A DNA stretch of 64,000 nucleotides, from contig JASCQW010000027.1 of NCBI GenBank assembly GCA_030264375.1, positions 51,233,723-51,297,722 of the forward strand, read 5' to 3'. Every line of letters begins with the position of its first letter. Position 1 is the stretch's first letter. The notes below the pieces were generated by a model that saw only the letters and a program-made list of their open reading frames with translations, did not search any database and was not told the DNA's origin. The translations under genes and the position numbers were made by a program. Of the stretch, positions 1 to 12,684 are shown piece after piece. Source of the DNA: Carcharhinus longimanus (Eukaryota).

Positions 1-254
1 TGTGCCCATTTTCGGCGTGTCCTGATGGCACACATTTTTGGCCCTTGGTAAAGGGGGAACAGGCGCAGGGGCAGATGCAGATTGCACTTCCCGCCTCACA
101 CTCCACTCCACCAAGTTTTCGCACCTGAAAACAGGCACAACTTGATGGTAAAATTGGACCCAGCATCTGATTCCTGGCTTTGGTCATACCTGATTCTCAG
201 ATTGGATTGAACTTGATCATTATACGACTGGGGCAGAATTTTGAAGTTCCCTGC

Positions 255-460
255 GGCAGTTTTGCCGTGAAGAGGAATTCCAGGTGGTGATGATCCCATG
301 TGTCTGCTGCCCTTGTCCTTCTAGCTGGTAGCAGTCGTGGGTTTGGAAGGTGCAATCTAAGGAGCTTTGGTGAGTTCCTGCAGTGCATCTTACAGATGAA
401 TTGAACTCATTCTTTTTTATTCTTTCACGAGACATGGGCATCGCTGGCTGGCCATCCCTA
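255..460 (-). mobile_element. 3' fragment of an L2/CR1-group LINE (family ending ...gccagcgatgcccatgtc)
   Basis: Same sequence family as 28375-28820, 30630-31060, 33460-33810 and 43330-44070. Confidence 0.7.
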
Positions 461-561
461 GTTTAAATGTTCTATTCCTGCTTGTGTATTCTTCCAATCA
501 AAATGAATATTGCCTGTAATGACCTGTTGATAAAAACAGGGTCATGTTTTTTTAAGAACAG

Positions 562-689
562 GTAAGGAAGATTCTAAAACAAAGCTGGGTGTTGTGCTGA
601 CAGCAAGAGTGCACCCTGGGGAAACTCAAGCCAGCTGGATGATGAAAGGCATTCTGGATTTCCTGATATCTGAGGAGCCTACAGCAAAG
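562..689 (+). CDS. Cytosolic carboxypeptidase (AGBL2/3-like) exon A: (G)[42 protein letters not shown]
   Basis: M14 zinc-binding HxxE motif in the CCP-typical context ARVHPGE..SWMMKG. Donor AAG|gtagag at 689/690. The acceptor is ambiguous (aag at 556 giving start 557, or cag at 561 giving start 562). Upstream exons are outside the window. Confidence 0.9.
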
Positions 690-775
690 GTAGAGATTAA
701 ACAAGATAACTATGTTTCTTAAATGTCGTATTTTCACTTCTACATTACAGCCATAAAAATGGAAGGGAGTTTTTA

Positions 776-1075
776 AAGTTACTTATTAGTGTTACAAATA
801 GGGTTACATTAATAGTGCAATGCAGTTACTGTGAAAATCCCCTAGTTGCCACACTCTGGCACCTTTCAGGTACACTGAGGGAGAATTTAGCATGGCCAAA
901 GCCATAACCAGCACATCTTTCAGACTGTGGAAGGAAACTGGGGCACTTGGAGGAAACCCACGCAGACACAGGGAGAACCTGCAAACTCCACACTGACAGT
1001 GACCCAAGCCAGGAATCAAACCTAGGTCCCTGGTTCTGTGAGGCAGCAGTGCTAACCACTGCGCTACCATGCCGG
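776..1075 (-). mobile_element. HE1-like tRNA-derived V-SINE (tail type 2)
   Basis: Minus-strand head gtagcgcagtggttagcactgctgcctcacag with B-box ggtttgattcc, and V-domain tgcgtgggtttcctcc. Confidence 0.9.
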
Positions 1076-1079
1076 GAGG

Positions 1080-2850
1080 GAGGAACTCAGGAAAATTGCT
1101 GTCACTAAGTGGTACCTAGTAAATTGTTGGAGCTGTGGGCTGATAAAAGCCTGAGTCCTGATGGACTTCTTTCCTAGGGTCATAAAATAGTTGTCTAGTG
1201 AGATCGCTGATTAATATAGTATAAAAGCAAAATACTGCAGATGCTGGAATCTGAAACAAAAATGGAAAATGCTGGAAAATTTCAGCAGGTCTGACAGCAT
1301 CAGTGGGGAAAGAATAGAACCGTTCAGATGTTGTCAGGGCTGCTGAGATTTTCCAGCATTTTCTGAGATAGCTGATTCATTTATTTTAATTTTCCAAACA
1401 TGCCTTCATTCAGGAAGAACTTATTAGATTGGAAGAAAGCAAACGTAATTCCATTATTCAAAAGGGAAGGGAGACAAAACAAGAAACCACAGGCCAGTTA
1501 ACTTAACATCTGTCACAGGGAAAATGTTAGAAGCTGTTCCTAATGAAGTTATGGCAGAACAGTTGAATAAGTTCAACGCAATCAGTCAGAATCAACCTGA
1601 TTTCTGTGAAAGGGGATCATGGTTGACCAACTTACTGGAATTCTTTGAGGAAGTAACTTGTGCTGTGGATAAAGGGGAACTGGTGGATTTTACTGTACTT
1701 AGATTTCCAGAAGGCATTTGATAAAGTGCCACATGAAAGGTTATTATGGAAATGAAAGCTCATGTTATATTGGTTAACACACTGGCGAGGATAGAAGATT
1801 GGCTGGCTAATAGGAAGCAGAGAGTAGGCATAAATGGGTCTTTTTCAGGTTGGTAAAATGTAATGAGTGGTGTGACACAGGGATCAATGCTGAGGCCTCA
1901 ATTGTTTACAATTCACATAAATGACTTAGATGAAGCAATTAAAGGGATGGTTGCTAAATGGGTTGATGAGACAAAGATAGACAGTAAGTTGTGAAGAGGA
2001 CACAAGGAGGCTACAAAAAGATATAAACAGGTTAAGAGAGTGGACAAAGATCTGGCAAATGGAGTGTTATGTGGGAAAATGTGGAATTGTACATTTTGGC
2101 AGAAAGAATAAAAAAGAAGCATATTATCTAAACGGTGAGTGATTGCAGAGGTCGGACGTGCAGAGGGATCTGGTTGTTCTAGTTCATGAATCACAATAAG
2201 CTCATATACAGGTACAGTAAGTAATTAGGAGAACTAATAGAATGATATCATTTATTGCACTGGGAATTGAATACAAGAGTAGGGAGATTACACTTCAGTT
2301 GTACAGGGCACTAGTGAAACCACATTTGGAGTACAGTATACAGTATTGGTTGCCTTATTTAAGAAAGGATGGAAATGCATTGGAAGCAGTTCTGATAAAG
2401 TTACCAGATTTTATCTGGAATGTGTGTGTTGTCTTGTGAGGAAAGGTTGGACAGATGGGGCTTGTATCTATTGGAATTCAGAAGAGTAAGAGGTGACTTA
2501 ATTGAAACATATAAGATCCTGAGCGTTCGTGAAAAGGTGGATGTGAAGAGGATGTTTCCTCTTGTGGGAGAATCCAGAACTAGAGGTCACTGTTTAAAAA
2601 TAAGAAGTCGCCCATTTGAAATGGAGATAAGGTAATTTTTTTTTACTCAGAGGGTTGTGAATCTTTGGAACTCTCTGAAAAGGCAGTAGAAGCGCAGTCT
2701 TTGAATATTTTTAAGGCAGAGGTGGATATAAGAAAAGGAGTGATAGGGTATCAGGAGCAGGCTGGATACAGATTTGAGATTGCAATCAGATCAGCCATGA
2801 TCTTACTAAATGGCAGAGCAGGCTTCAGGGGCTGAATGGCTTACTCTTGC
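1080..2850 (+). mobile_element. CR1-type LINE, 5'-truncated and decayed RT plus 3' end
   Basis: Frameshifted RT peptides (SWLTNLLEFFEEVT, KAFDKVPH, LYRALVKPHLEY, RRVRGDLIETYKIL) and the 3' end ggctgaatggc..actc.tgctcct. Confidence 0.95.
1216..1363. mobile_element. Short Penelope-like (family B) insertion nested in the CR1
   Basis: aaaagcaaaatactgcagatgctggaatctgaaacaaaa family sequence with an internal inversion, flanked by an approximately 17-bp duplication. Confidence 0.7.
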
Positions 2851-5800
2851 TCCTTATTTGTATAAACAAATTTGGGTTTCTTGTGTTCCTTCTGTTGCAT
2901 CCATTTTACACTAGTTGGCATTGCTGGCTAGACCAGCATTTATCGCCCATCTCTAATNNNNNNNNNNNNNNNNNNNNNNNNNNNNNNACCTTCTTTAATT
3001 ACTGCAGCCCATGTGGTGTATGTGCACCTACAGTGCTTTTCAGAGAGCATTTGTTTATTTGAATACTTCCTTTTCAACCTTTATTGTGCCAATAAAACCA
3101 TTCAATCGATTCAGCCACTTCATTTCTGCAAGACACAAGACTCAGAAACATTCCTGCGCAATCCAGGGTTCTTGAACAGCAACTGAAATAATTTTGTGTG
3201 CTTTACAGAACATTTCTAGTTTGGCTTTAGACACCAAATATAAACCATTGCCATTAAAAGCTGGAAAGAATAAGAATTAAATTATAATAAGTCAATTGAG
3301 GCAGTAAATTTAATGTAAGAAAATATGAAGAAAATGATGAAAATGGAACATATTTAGCTGAGCATTAAGGCCTTGCAGGGAAAATGATCTTACATTAGAA
3401 AGCCATTCTTTGACTGTAAATCCATAGCTTTTAGGCCAGCCAGCCGTTGCTGATTTGGTGCCAGTCCTAACCAATTACTTGCGTCGACCTTACAAACTTC
3501 ACCGCAGCTGTGGCTGAAAGCTGACACAGCTACTGCTCAGTGTGTTGTCGGACAGGTCACAGATCATATGTGCTGACAGCTGTACTGTGTGAGAAGCATA
3601 TTACAGGAAGCACCATTAGTCAGCCATCCCGAGAGTGAAATGCCATTAGTGCAAAGCAGTGAAGTGTGCTAATTAGAAAAAAGGGCAATGGTAGAAACAT
3701 AAACAGAACAATGAAAAACTAAACATTTCAAATGTTTTCTTTGATTATTATTTTTAGTGTTTCCTGCATGCTCTACATACCTGGGTGTGAATTCACAAAA
3801 ATAACAAATTAAAGCAAGTAGGGTATTTTCAGCTGAAGATTAAAAACTAGCAGCAACCATGGCATTCTGATATATACAAGCTAGGCAGCACCTAATCACT
3901 GTTTCTCTATCATCTTCTATTTCACTCTGTTTGACCTTTAGTAGCGTATTATTTTTGGGTTTTTTTACTCACTTTGATTTATCAATTTTAAAAAGCAGCT
4001 TGTTATAATCTGAGCATCATAAGTAAAGAAATTGCTGTGGTGCCTGACTATTTTCTTATCATACAATTCAATTCTTAATCATCTGATAGTATCTATTTAC
4101 TTTCTATCCAATATTCCCCATCACGAGTATCAAATTTCCTTAGAAAGTTCTACGTAGAGATGGAAGAGATCATCTTTTTGTTTCGTCTACCAAATAAAAA
4201 TTGCCAGATAGACTATTTTGCTCAAATTTCATGGAATCTGTCCCTCATAAAAGCAGTCAATGCTGGAAAAATGTAACAATGCTGGCAGTATCTGTGGAGA
4301 GAGAAACTGTGTTAACGATTCTCTCCCTGTTAGCTTTAGGAGTTATCAAGATTGCTCAAAATTTGAAGCGATTTGCAAACCTCTTTGTCATCAAATCAAC
4401 TGCTAACAGAGCCATTGAACACAATTTATACATGCTTTGGAAAGGGATTTACTTCATTGTAACAAAACTTCAGGCATGATTTTAACCCTAAATCTAGCCA
4501 GAAGTAGCTGACTGGGAAATTAAACTTATCTGCATTACTTCTTCATCCTTGTCATATCTAAATTCTGATGACCGAGATTTGCAGGCTTCCAGAAGAGTGG
4601 CTAAAGCATTATTCGAGCATTTAAATGTGCATATTTGGTTTCATTGACACGATGGACAATTGTAACTGAGGTATGGGCAGAGCATTAGCCATGGGTATAA
4701 ATTTGCAAGTCCTCTGGCAATGGGTTGACAAATGGGAAGATTAAAAAAATGGCATGGAAATGGCAACAGGGAGGCATACCCAATGTCGTCCCACTGCCAT
4801 GCCATTTTCCCAATGGCAAGATAGGTGGAAGATCAGCTATCCATCCAGAGCCCAATTTTGCCGCTGGGACCATTCAATGAAATAGCCAGCTTCCATGGGG
4901 CTCCTCCTCTTTGGGATACTCCAGGGCCCATCGATTAGCTCTCTGGCAACAATGGCCATCTCAGTAGTGTTGCCAGTTCCTTACAACAAATCCGCACCTG
5001 CTCACTGGGACTCGCCCATCTGACTGCAGCTTCCCCTCATACTTATCCCTGTTCAAGGTAGCCTCAGTCACTGAGGCACCGTCTGCTCACAGCAGCAGCT
5101 TCAAGTATGGCCAGTGGTAGTGGGCACTGCGTAGATTATTGATTTGCTAGTCCCCTGATTTAGGCTAGCAGCTGTTTGGGATGGGCTGCCACCCTCAACA
5201 GGGATGGTAGATTTGGCGCCAATCACAGAATTGGCCACCACTGGGACAATGCCTGTTTGGGTTCTGACCCCAGCGGCAGGATCTCAGACATTTTGGCAAA
5301 GTTCTGGTCATATCAGCAATAACAAAGAACAAAGAACAACCCAGCACGGGAAACAGGCCCTTCGGCCCAATGAGCCCACGCCGCCGCATCATCCTATACC
5401 TATTCTACCCTGTGTGTCTGCGAGTGGAACCCCTAACTTAGCCAGATTCAGGGGAGAATAGTGTCAATTTGGTAAACCAATCAGCCTAAGNNNNNNNNNN
5501 NNNNNNNNNNNNNNNNNNNNNNNNNNNNNNNNNNNNNNNNNNNNNNNNNNNNNNNNNNNNNNNNNNNNNNNNNNNNNNNNNNNNNNNNNNCCTTCTCACT
5601 CAGCTCCCACTCACTCCGCTGCCCGCTCCCGACGCTGCCCGCTGTATGCCGCTACCTCCTTTTTATAACCCCCGCTCCCCCTTCCCGACAATCCCCTCGC
5701 CTAACTTCTGGTACGGAAGTAAACCACACTCTCACAAACCCCGCGAACCGGAAATACAGTCACAAAGCGATTCCAGTAAATCAGGTACTCACCACAGCCA

Positions 5801-5864
5801 ATAAGAAGTGATTTTTTTTTGAAAACATTATTTATGGACTAATATTTTACCACTAATAATCTTA

Positions 5865-6195
5865 GAATGTCTACAGTGCAGAAGAAGGCCATTTGGCCCA
5901 TTGAGTTTACACCAACAATAATCCCACCTAGACCCTATCCCCATAACCCTACATATTTACCCCCCTATGCCCTCTAACCTACACATCCCAGAATACTAAG
6001 GGGCAATTTATCATGGCCAATGCACCTAACCCTCACATCTTTGGACTGTGGGAGGAAACCATAACACAAGAAGGAAACCCATGCAGCCACAGCGAGAATG
6101 TGCAGATTACACACACACAGTGACCCAAGCCGGGAATTGAACCCAGGTCCCTGGAGCTATGAGGCAGCAATGCTAACCACTGTGCCATCATGCCA
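5865..6195 (-). mobile_element. HE1-like V-SINE (CR1-type tail)
   Basis: tRNA head, V-domain and the CR1-like tail gggccaaatggcct..tgcactgtag. Confidence 0.9.
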
Positions 6196-6261
6196 TGCTT
6201 ATTTTACTGTAGTGTATTTTCAGTTATGTTCTAACCTTTACCAAATTTTGTTTTTCTACAG

Positions 6262-6335
6262 GAATTGCGACAAAGATGCATCTTTAAAATCATTCCCATG
6301 TTAAATCCAGATGGAGTGATAGTAGGAAATTATAG
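6262..6335 (+). CDS. CCP exon B: [24 protein letters not shown](R)
   Basis: Acceptor tttttctacag, donor AG|gtaaaa. Contains the M14 PMLNPDG motif. Phase 0 matches exon A. Confidence 0.95.
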
Positions 6336-6347
6336 GTAAAACATTCT

Positions 6348-6660
6348 TATAGAATCATAGAATCCTTACAGTACAGAGGGAGGCAATTCAGCTCATTGAG
6401 TCTGCACCACCTCTCTGACAGAGCATCTTACCCAGGCTCTCTCCCCGCACTATCCCTATAACCACACACATTTACCATGGCTAATCCACCTCACCAACAC
6501 ATCTTGGGACACTAAGGGGCAATTTTACCATTGTCAATCCACCTGCACATCTATTGGAGGAAACCCAATAGCAGGCACAGGGAGAAACTCCACACAAGCA
6601 AGGCTGGGATTGAACCTGAGTGCCTGGGCTAGCAATGCTAACCACAGTGACACCATGCCA
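6348..6660 (-). mobile_element. HE1-like V-SINE (decayed)
   Basis: Same family; terminal (gattctat)n repeat. Confidence 0.85.
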
Positions 6661-6987
6661 ACCTATTCTGAAGAATTACATTTAAAATAAATTAAAACTT
6701 TTCTGTTGAGTCCTTCAGTATTATAGATGGGGATATAGTGTACTGTCTGGCATCTTTCAGTTACCTTGTTTCTATTGTGAGATGGTATTTAGGGGCCGTA
6801 TGAGGCAATAGTTCCATATACAAGAGACAGTTTTCACACTGCCCATACTTAGAGAAAAACTCATCCCAAGATGTCTGCCCTCAAGCTGCCTCCAACCAAG
6901 AGGCAGCTCTTAATTGCAGACAGCGCCATTGAGAATGGTGGCTGCTGCTGGTAGTGCACTAAGGCATCGCTGCCAGATTGACCCTAA

Positions 6988-7741
6988 TGATGTAGAGATG
7001 CCGGCATTNNNNNNNNNNNNNNNNNNNNNNNNNNNNNNNNNNNNNNNNNNNNNNNNNNNNNNNNNNNNNNNNNNNNNNNNNNNNNNNNNNNNNNNNNNNN
7101 NNNNNNNNNNNNNNNNNNNNNNNNNNNNNNNNNNNNNNNNNNNNNNNNNNNNNNNNNNNNNNNNNNNNNNNNNNNNNNNNNNNNNNNNNNNNNNNNNNNN
7201 NNNNNNNNNNNNNNNNNNNNNNNNNNNNNNNNNNNNNNNNNNNNNNNNNNNNNNNNNNNNNNNNNNNNNNNNNNNNNNNNNNNNNNNNNNNNNNNNNNNN
7301 NNNNNNNNNNNNNNNNNNNNNNNNNNNNNNNNNNNNNNNNNNNNNNNNNNNNNNNNNNNNNNNNNNNNNNNNNNNNNNNNNNNNNNNNNNNNNNNNNNNN
7401 NNNNNNNNNNNNNNNNNNNNNNNNNNNNNNNNNNNNNNNNNNNNNNNNNNNNNNNNNNNNNNNNNNNNNNNNNNNNNNNNNNNNNNNNNNNNNNNNNNNN
7501 NNNNNNNNNNNNNNNNNNNNNNNNNNNNNNNNNNNNNNNNNNNNNNNNNNNNNNNNNNNNNNNNNNNNNNNNNNNNNNNNNNNNNNNNNNNNNNNNNNNN
7601 NNNNNNNNNNNNNNNNNNNNNNNNNNNNNNNNNTCTCACAACACCAGGTTTAAGTCCAACCAGTTTATTTGATAGTAATCCCACAAGCTTTTGGAAACGG
7701 TGTTCCTTCGTCAGGTACCTTCCACACACCTGACGAAGGAA
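6988..7741. mobile_element. Penelope-like (family A) terminal-repeat element, interrupted by a gap
   Basis: gatgtagagatgccggc...tctcacaacaccaggtttaagtccaac; ends in an inverted CTGACGA hammerhead-like motif. Confidence 0.6.
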
Positions 7742-7941
7742 ATAATCAATCGTTATTTAGTCAGAATAACATACTTAGTACTACAGAAGCCTTGTTAATT
7801 TGTAAGAGTCTTTAAATATTTCTAATTATTGTACTGCAGTTCTCATCAAATTTAAACCAGTAATTTGTAAAATTGAACTTGTCTGGCTAAGTAACAATAC
7901 AACATAACTTTTACTTACAGCATGTGTTTTGTGCCTTCCAG

Positions 7942-8056
7942 GTGCTCTCTTTCTGCTAGAGACCTCAATCGAAACTATCGGCATCCCAAGCGAAAACTAT
8001 TCCCTACAGTATGGCACACTAAAAAAATGGTGGAGGAGCTGCAGAAAAACCATTAT
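7942..8056 (+). CDS. CCP exon C: CSLSARDLNRNYRHPKRKLFPTVWHTKKMVEELQKNHY
   Basis: Acceptor ccttccag, donor TAT|gtgagt. DLNR substrate-binding motif. The phase 2 junction restores GNYR-CSL. Confidence 0.95.
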
Positions 8057-8469
8057 GTGAGTCAAAACAGTTGGAGCTGAGAGACCATACTTTCCTCACA
8101 GGCTTGACGGGCTAAAGGACCTGTTCCTGTGCTGTATTGCTTTTCGTTGTTTGTATAAATAGTTTTCAAAAACATATAAATGCTCATATGTTAGTGTGTT
8201 CTCTCCCCGACTATTTGACTTTCCACTTCTCCCACCTTTTTATCCCTACAATGGCATTCCCTGGGCAATTAGGTGGAAGGAAAAGCAGCTCCCTCGCCAT
8301 TGGTGCCTTATTTTCCAACTTCTCTCCTTTTTGGGGAAACGTCACAACTTCTCAGTTCTCCTAAACTGAAAACATGCTCTATTGAAAATTTTAAACATAA
8401 ATCTGTACCCTGAAAAGGAAGGAAAACTTACTATATGTCTGAAAAATATTTCAAATTACTATACTTACA

Positions 8470-11400
8470 AACATACAGATTTAGGACTAGGCCTTTCGGC
8501 CCCTTGAGCCTGTCCCGCCATTTAGTAAAGTTTGATTATGGCCTCAACTTCACATTCTGCTGACCCCAGATTACCTTTGACTCCTTTGTTAGTCAATAAT
8601 CTATCTATCTATCTCTGCCTTAAAGATAATCAATTTCTCTGTCTCTACTGTTCTCTAGGGAAGAGAGTTGCCTCTGAGAGAAATAAATTCTTCTTATCTA
8701 TCACAATGTACAATGCAACTTTAGATGCATGGTAAAGACATACTCTTGAATCTTCCCTTCGGCGTGCCAGTGGCCTGCTTGATTAATTATGGATAGGGTA
8801 GATAGGTAGCAAAAACCTTTAATCCTTAGTAGAAGGTCAATAACTACAGGATATAGATTTAAGGTAAGAAGCAGGAGATTTAGAGGGAATTTTTCACCCA
8901 GAAGAGGCAGGAACCCTCATAACATTTAAAGAGCATTTAGATGTACACCTGAAACACTATTGCATACATGGTTAGGATTCATACAACCATAAGAAATAGG
9001 AACTCCCCCAGGAGGGGAACCATCCTCTCAGCATTTACCCTATCAAGCCCCTTAAAAATCATATACGTTTCAACAAGACCACCTTTCATTCTTCTAAATT
9101 CCAATGACTAGATTCCCAACATCTTAAACCTTTCCTGATAAGACAATCCCTCCAAACTGGGGATCATCCTAGTGAATCTTTACTAAACTGCCTCCAACAA
9201 AATAATATCTTTCTTTAAATAAGGGGACCAAAAGTGCTCACAGTGCTCTGGATGTGGCCTCACCAGTACCTTGTACAGTTGCAGCAAGATTTCCCTACTC
9301 NNNNNNNNNNNNNNNNNNNNNNNNNNNNNNNNNNNNNNNNNNNNNNNNNNNNNNNNNNNNNNNNNNNNNNNNNNNNNNNNNNNNNNNNNNNNNNNNNNNN
9401 AAATATATTTAAGTCACGGGTAGATAGGTTTTTGGTAGGCAAGGGAATTAAGGGTTATGGGGAGAAAGTGGAACTGATCCTCTTCAGATCAGCCATGATC
9501 TTATTGAATGGCAGGGCAGGCTCAAAGAGCTAGATGGCCTACTCCTGCTCCTATTTCTTATGTTCTTATGTATTTGATGCAGACATATAACATGATGAAT
9601 ATATAAGCAATTTCCTTTTTAAATTCAAAACCTGTCTTTTGTAGCAGTAACGTAACTAAAATGTTGCATCTCCATACCTTGGAGGGCAATAGAATTAATA
9701 GTTTATAATACTCCTTAAACATTTACTGGCCTTCAGAGATAATCACAATTAGAAATTACATTTGAGAAAAATTGCATGAATTGTACCAGCATTTTAAACA
9801 TGCTGGGTCAGCATCAAAGGGCATCCATTATCAGCTAATTTGTCACAGTCATAGAGTCACACAGCACAGAAAATGGCCCTTGGCCCATTGTGTCTGCGCT
9901 AGCTATAAAGCACCCATCTATTCTAATCCCATTTTCCAGTACTTTGTCTTTAGACATGTATATTATGGTGTTTCAAGTGCCAATCTAAATGCTTCTTAAA
10001 TGATGAGGATTCCTGCCTCCACTGCCCTTTCAGTCAGTGAATTTCAGATTTCCAACACCCTCTGGGTGAAATGGTCTTTCCTCAAATCCCCTCTAAATCT
10101 CCTGCTCATTATCTTAATTCTATGTGCCCACACTAGTAAAGGGAAAAGTTTCTTCCTATCTATGTCTTCAAAATTAAGTTCCCCCTCACCATTCTCTGCT
10201 CTAAAGAGAGCAACCCCAGCCCAACCAGCCTCTCATTGCTGAAACGCCCCGGCCCAGTCAACATCCTGGTGAACTTTCTCTGCACCCATTCTGGTGTAAT
10301 CGCATCCATCCATATAGTGTGATGACCAGAACTTCATGCAGAACTCTAGCTATGGCCTAATTATTTTATCCAGCTCCCTGCTTTTATATTCTCTGCCTCA
10401 GCTAATAAAACCATAAGAAATAGGAACAGAAGTAGGCTGTTTGGCCCCTTGAGCCTGCTCCACCACTCAGTCGGATCGTGACTGATCTGACATTCCTTAC
10501 GTCCACTTTATTGCCCTTTCCCCATAACCCATGATCCTCTTACAGATCAAAAATTTATAAATCTCAGCCTTAAATATGCACAAGGACTCTGCCCCCACAG
10601 ATCCCTGTGACAAGGAGTTCCAGAGACTCATGATGCTCAGAAGAAATTCCTCTTCATCTCAGCCTTAAATTGGAGCCCCTTTATCCTGAGACTATGTCCG
10701 CTGATCCTAGACTTCCCCTGAGGGGAAACATCCTCTCAGCATTTATACTATCAGGCTCTTAAGCATCCTGTATGTTTCAATGAGATCACCTTTTGTTCTA
10801 AATTCCAATGAATAGAGTCCCAACCTGCTTGACCTTCACTCATAAGGCAATCCTGCCATACTGGGGATCATCCTAGTGAACCTTCCCTAAACTGCCTCCA
10901 ATGAAATAAGTGCTCTCAGCACTTCAGATGTGGTCTCACCAGTACCTTGTATAGTTGTGGGAAGAATTCCCTACTCCAACCCCCTTGAAATAAGGATCAA
11001 CGTTCCATTAGCCTTCCTGATTACTAGTTGCACCTATGTGCCAGCTTTCTGTTTATCATGCACAAGTCCCTTTGTGTTGCAGCTTTCTGCAGTTTTTCTC
11101 CATTTAAATAATACTCTATTCTTTCATTCTCACTTCCAAAATGAACAACTTCACATTTTCACGTATTAAACTTCACTTGCCAACTTTTTGCCCATTTACT
11201 TAACCTATCAATATGTCTTTGCAAACTGTTTGTATCCTTTCCACAATTTGCCTTTCCACCTATTTTTATGTCTCTGCAAATTTGGGTACAGTACACTCAC
11301 TTCCTTCCTCCAAGTCATTAATATATATTGTAAACAGATGTGGTCCCAGCACTGATCCCTGTGGAAACCCACTGGTTACAGATCACCAGTCTGAAAAATA

Positions 11401-11740
11401 ACTTTTTATTCTCTCTTGCTGTTTCCTGCCCAGTGGCCCATTCTCTGTCCATGCCAATATACTACTTACAACAAAATGAGCTCTTTGTTATGACTCTTTG
11501 CAAGGAACCTTGTAGAATGCCTTCTGGAAATGCAAATACAACACATCTATTGGTTCCCCTCCACCAACATTTGAGAGTGTCTGAATTACTCAGACACAAT
11601 TTCCCTTTCATGAAGCCATGCTAACTATGCTTGATTAGGTTATGTGCTTGGAAATGGAATTAAAGTAGATAGGTGCTTGATGGCTGGCACAGACACAATG
11701 GGCTGAAGGATGTTTTTCTGCGCTGTAAAATTCCATGACT
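8470..11740. mobile_element. Cluster of nested CR1-type LINE fragments (mostly minus strand; largest about 10410-11640)
   Basis: Several CR1 3' ends (cataagaaataggaac, tcatagagtca) and reverse-strand RT remnants. Confidence 0.85.
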
Positions 11741-12684
11741 CTGACTCTGCTCTAATTCAAAAGTAGAACAGATCTTTATTGTAGTGCCCCTTTATTTCTT
11801 TGCTGGTCCTTATCAGTGATGTTGGAAGTCACAGTATTATTGAATATGTATTGTCTCCAAGAAGTCAGAAATAACTTTGCACTCATTTCTGAAAGTGTGC
11901 AGCAAGATTATGATGCTGAAGAATGAATGAATCATGATGGTAAAAGAAATTGGCGTCAGGCACTTTGAATATCCAAATATACAAATTGAGGTCTGAATGT
12001 ATATTTTGCATCCAACGCAAATGTTTTGGGTCTTCAGTGAACAAACAAGTCATCCTTAAAGGTACTGCTGGCATGACCCACAAAAAGATTAGCTAACTTA
12101 TAAATTTCTTTGGAATTAGCTGTAGAAAAATACTCCTCCTGATGCCATCAAAACACCATAGGCTCCTGTCAGCCCAAGTTCAGCCCACGCCACATCATCT
12201 ACCCTTCCACCATCATTGTTAACACCTTGACCATTCCTTGTCCCTGCACCCCCATCCCAAACCCGGAACGACTTATGAGCTGGTTCAGTCGAAGTGGACA
12301 AAATTCCGAAGACCTTTACTGATAAGCTGAATTAGGGAGCCCAATTCTTGTTGATTTTGTATAAATGAGGCCCACAGCTCCCATTTGGAATGACCCTGGG
12401 GGCAATTTCTTCCAGACTCACATTTTCATTGCACCATTAATTTCTTACCAGGAACTGGTGCAAGTTTAGTTTCTGCCCTGTGTCTATAATTGTATGTAAA
12501 TTGGATATTAAAGGGAGTTAAATTATTTTCATGATTTGACACTGTGGCCACAAATGCAATCCACAGTTCCAAAAACGCATGGAAACCTAATGATCTGACA
12601 AAGTTAACAGTGCATTACCCTTCATCCAAATCCTGCATCTAGTCTATGTAACTGGGCATTCCTGCGTACAGTGCATCAATTAAA

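Noticed and set aside
804-1070. Recurrent similar ORFs (MVAQWLALLPH...) and tRNA-like A/B boxes
   Set aside because: SINE-derived; no complete tRNA cloverleaf, so they are neither genes nor tRNAs.
6914-7729. Long ORFs of 250-313 aa here and at 33806-34735 and 52249-53190
   Set aside because: They consist almost entirely of X residues translated from N gaps.
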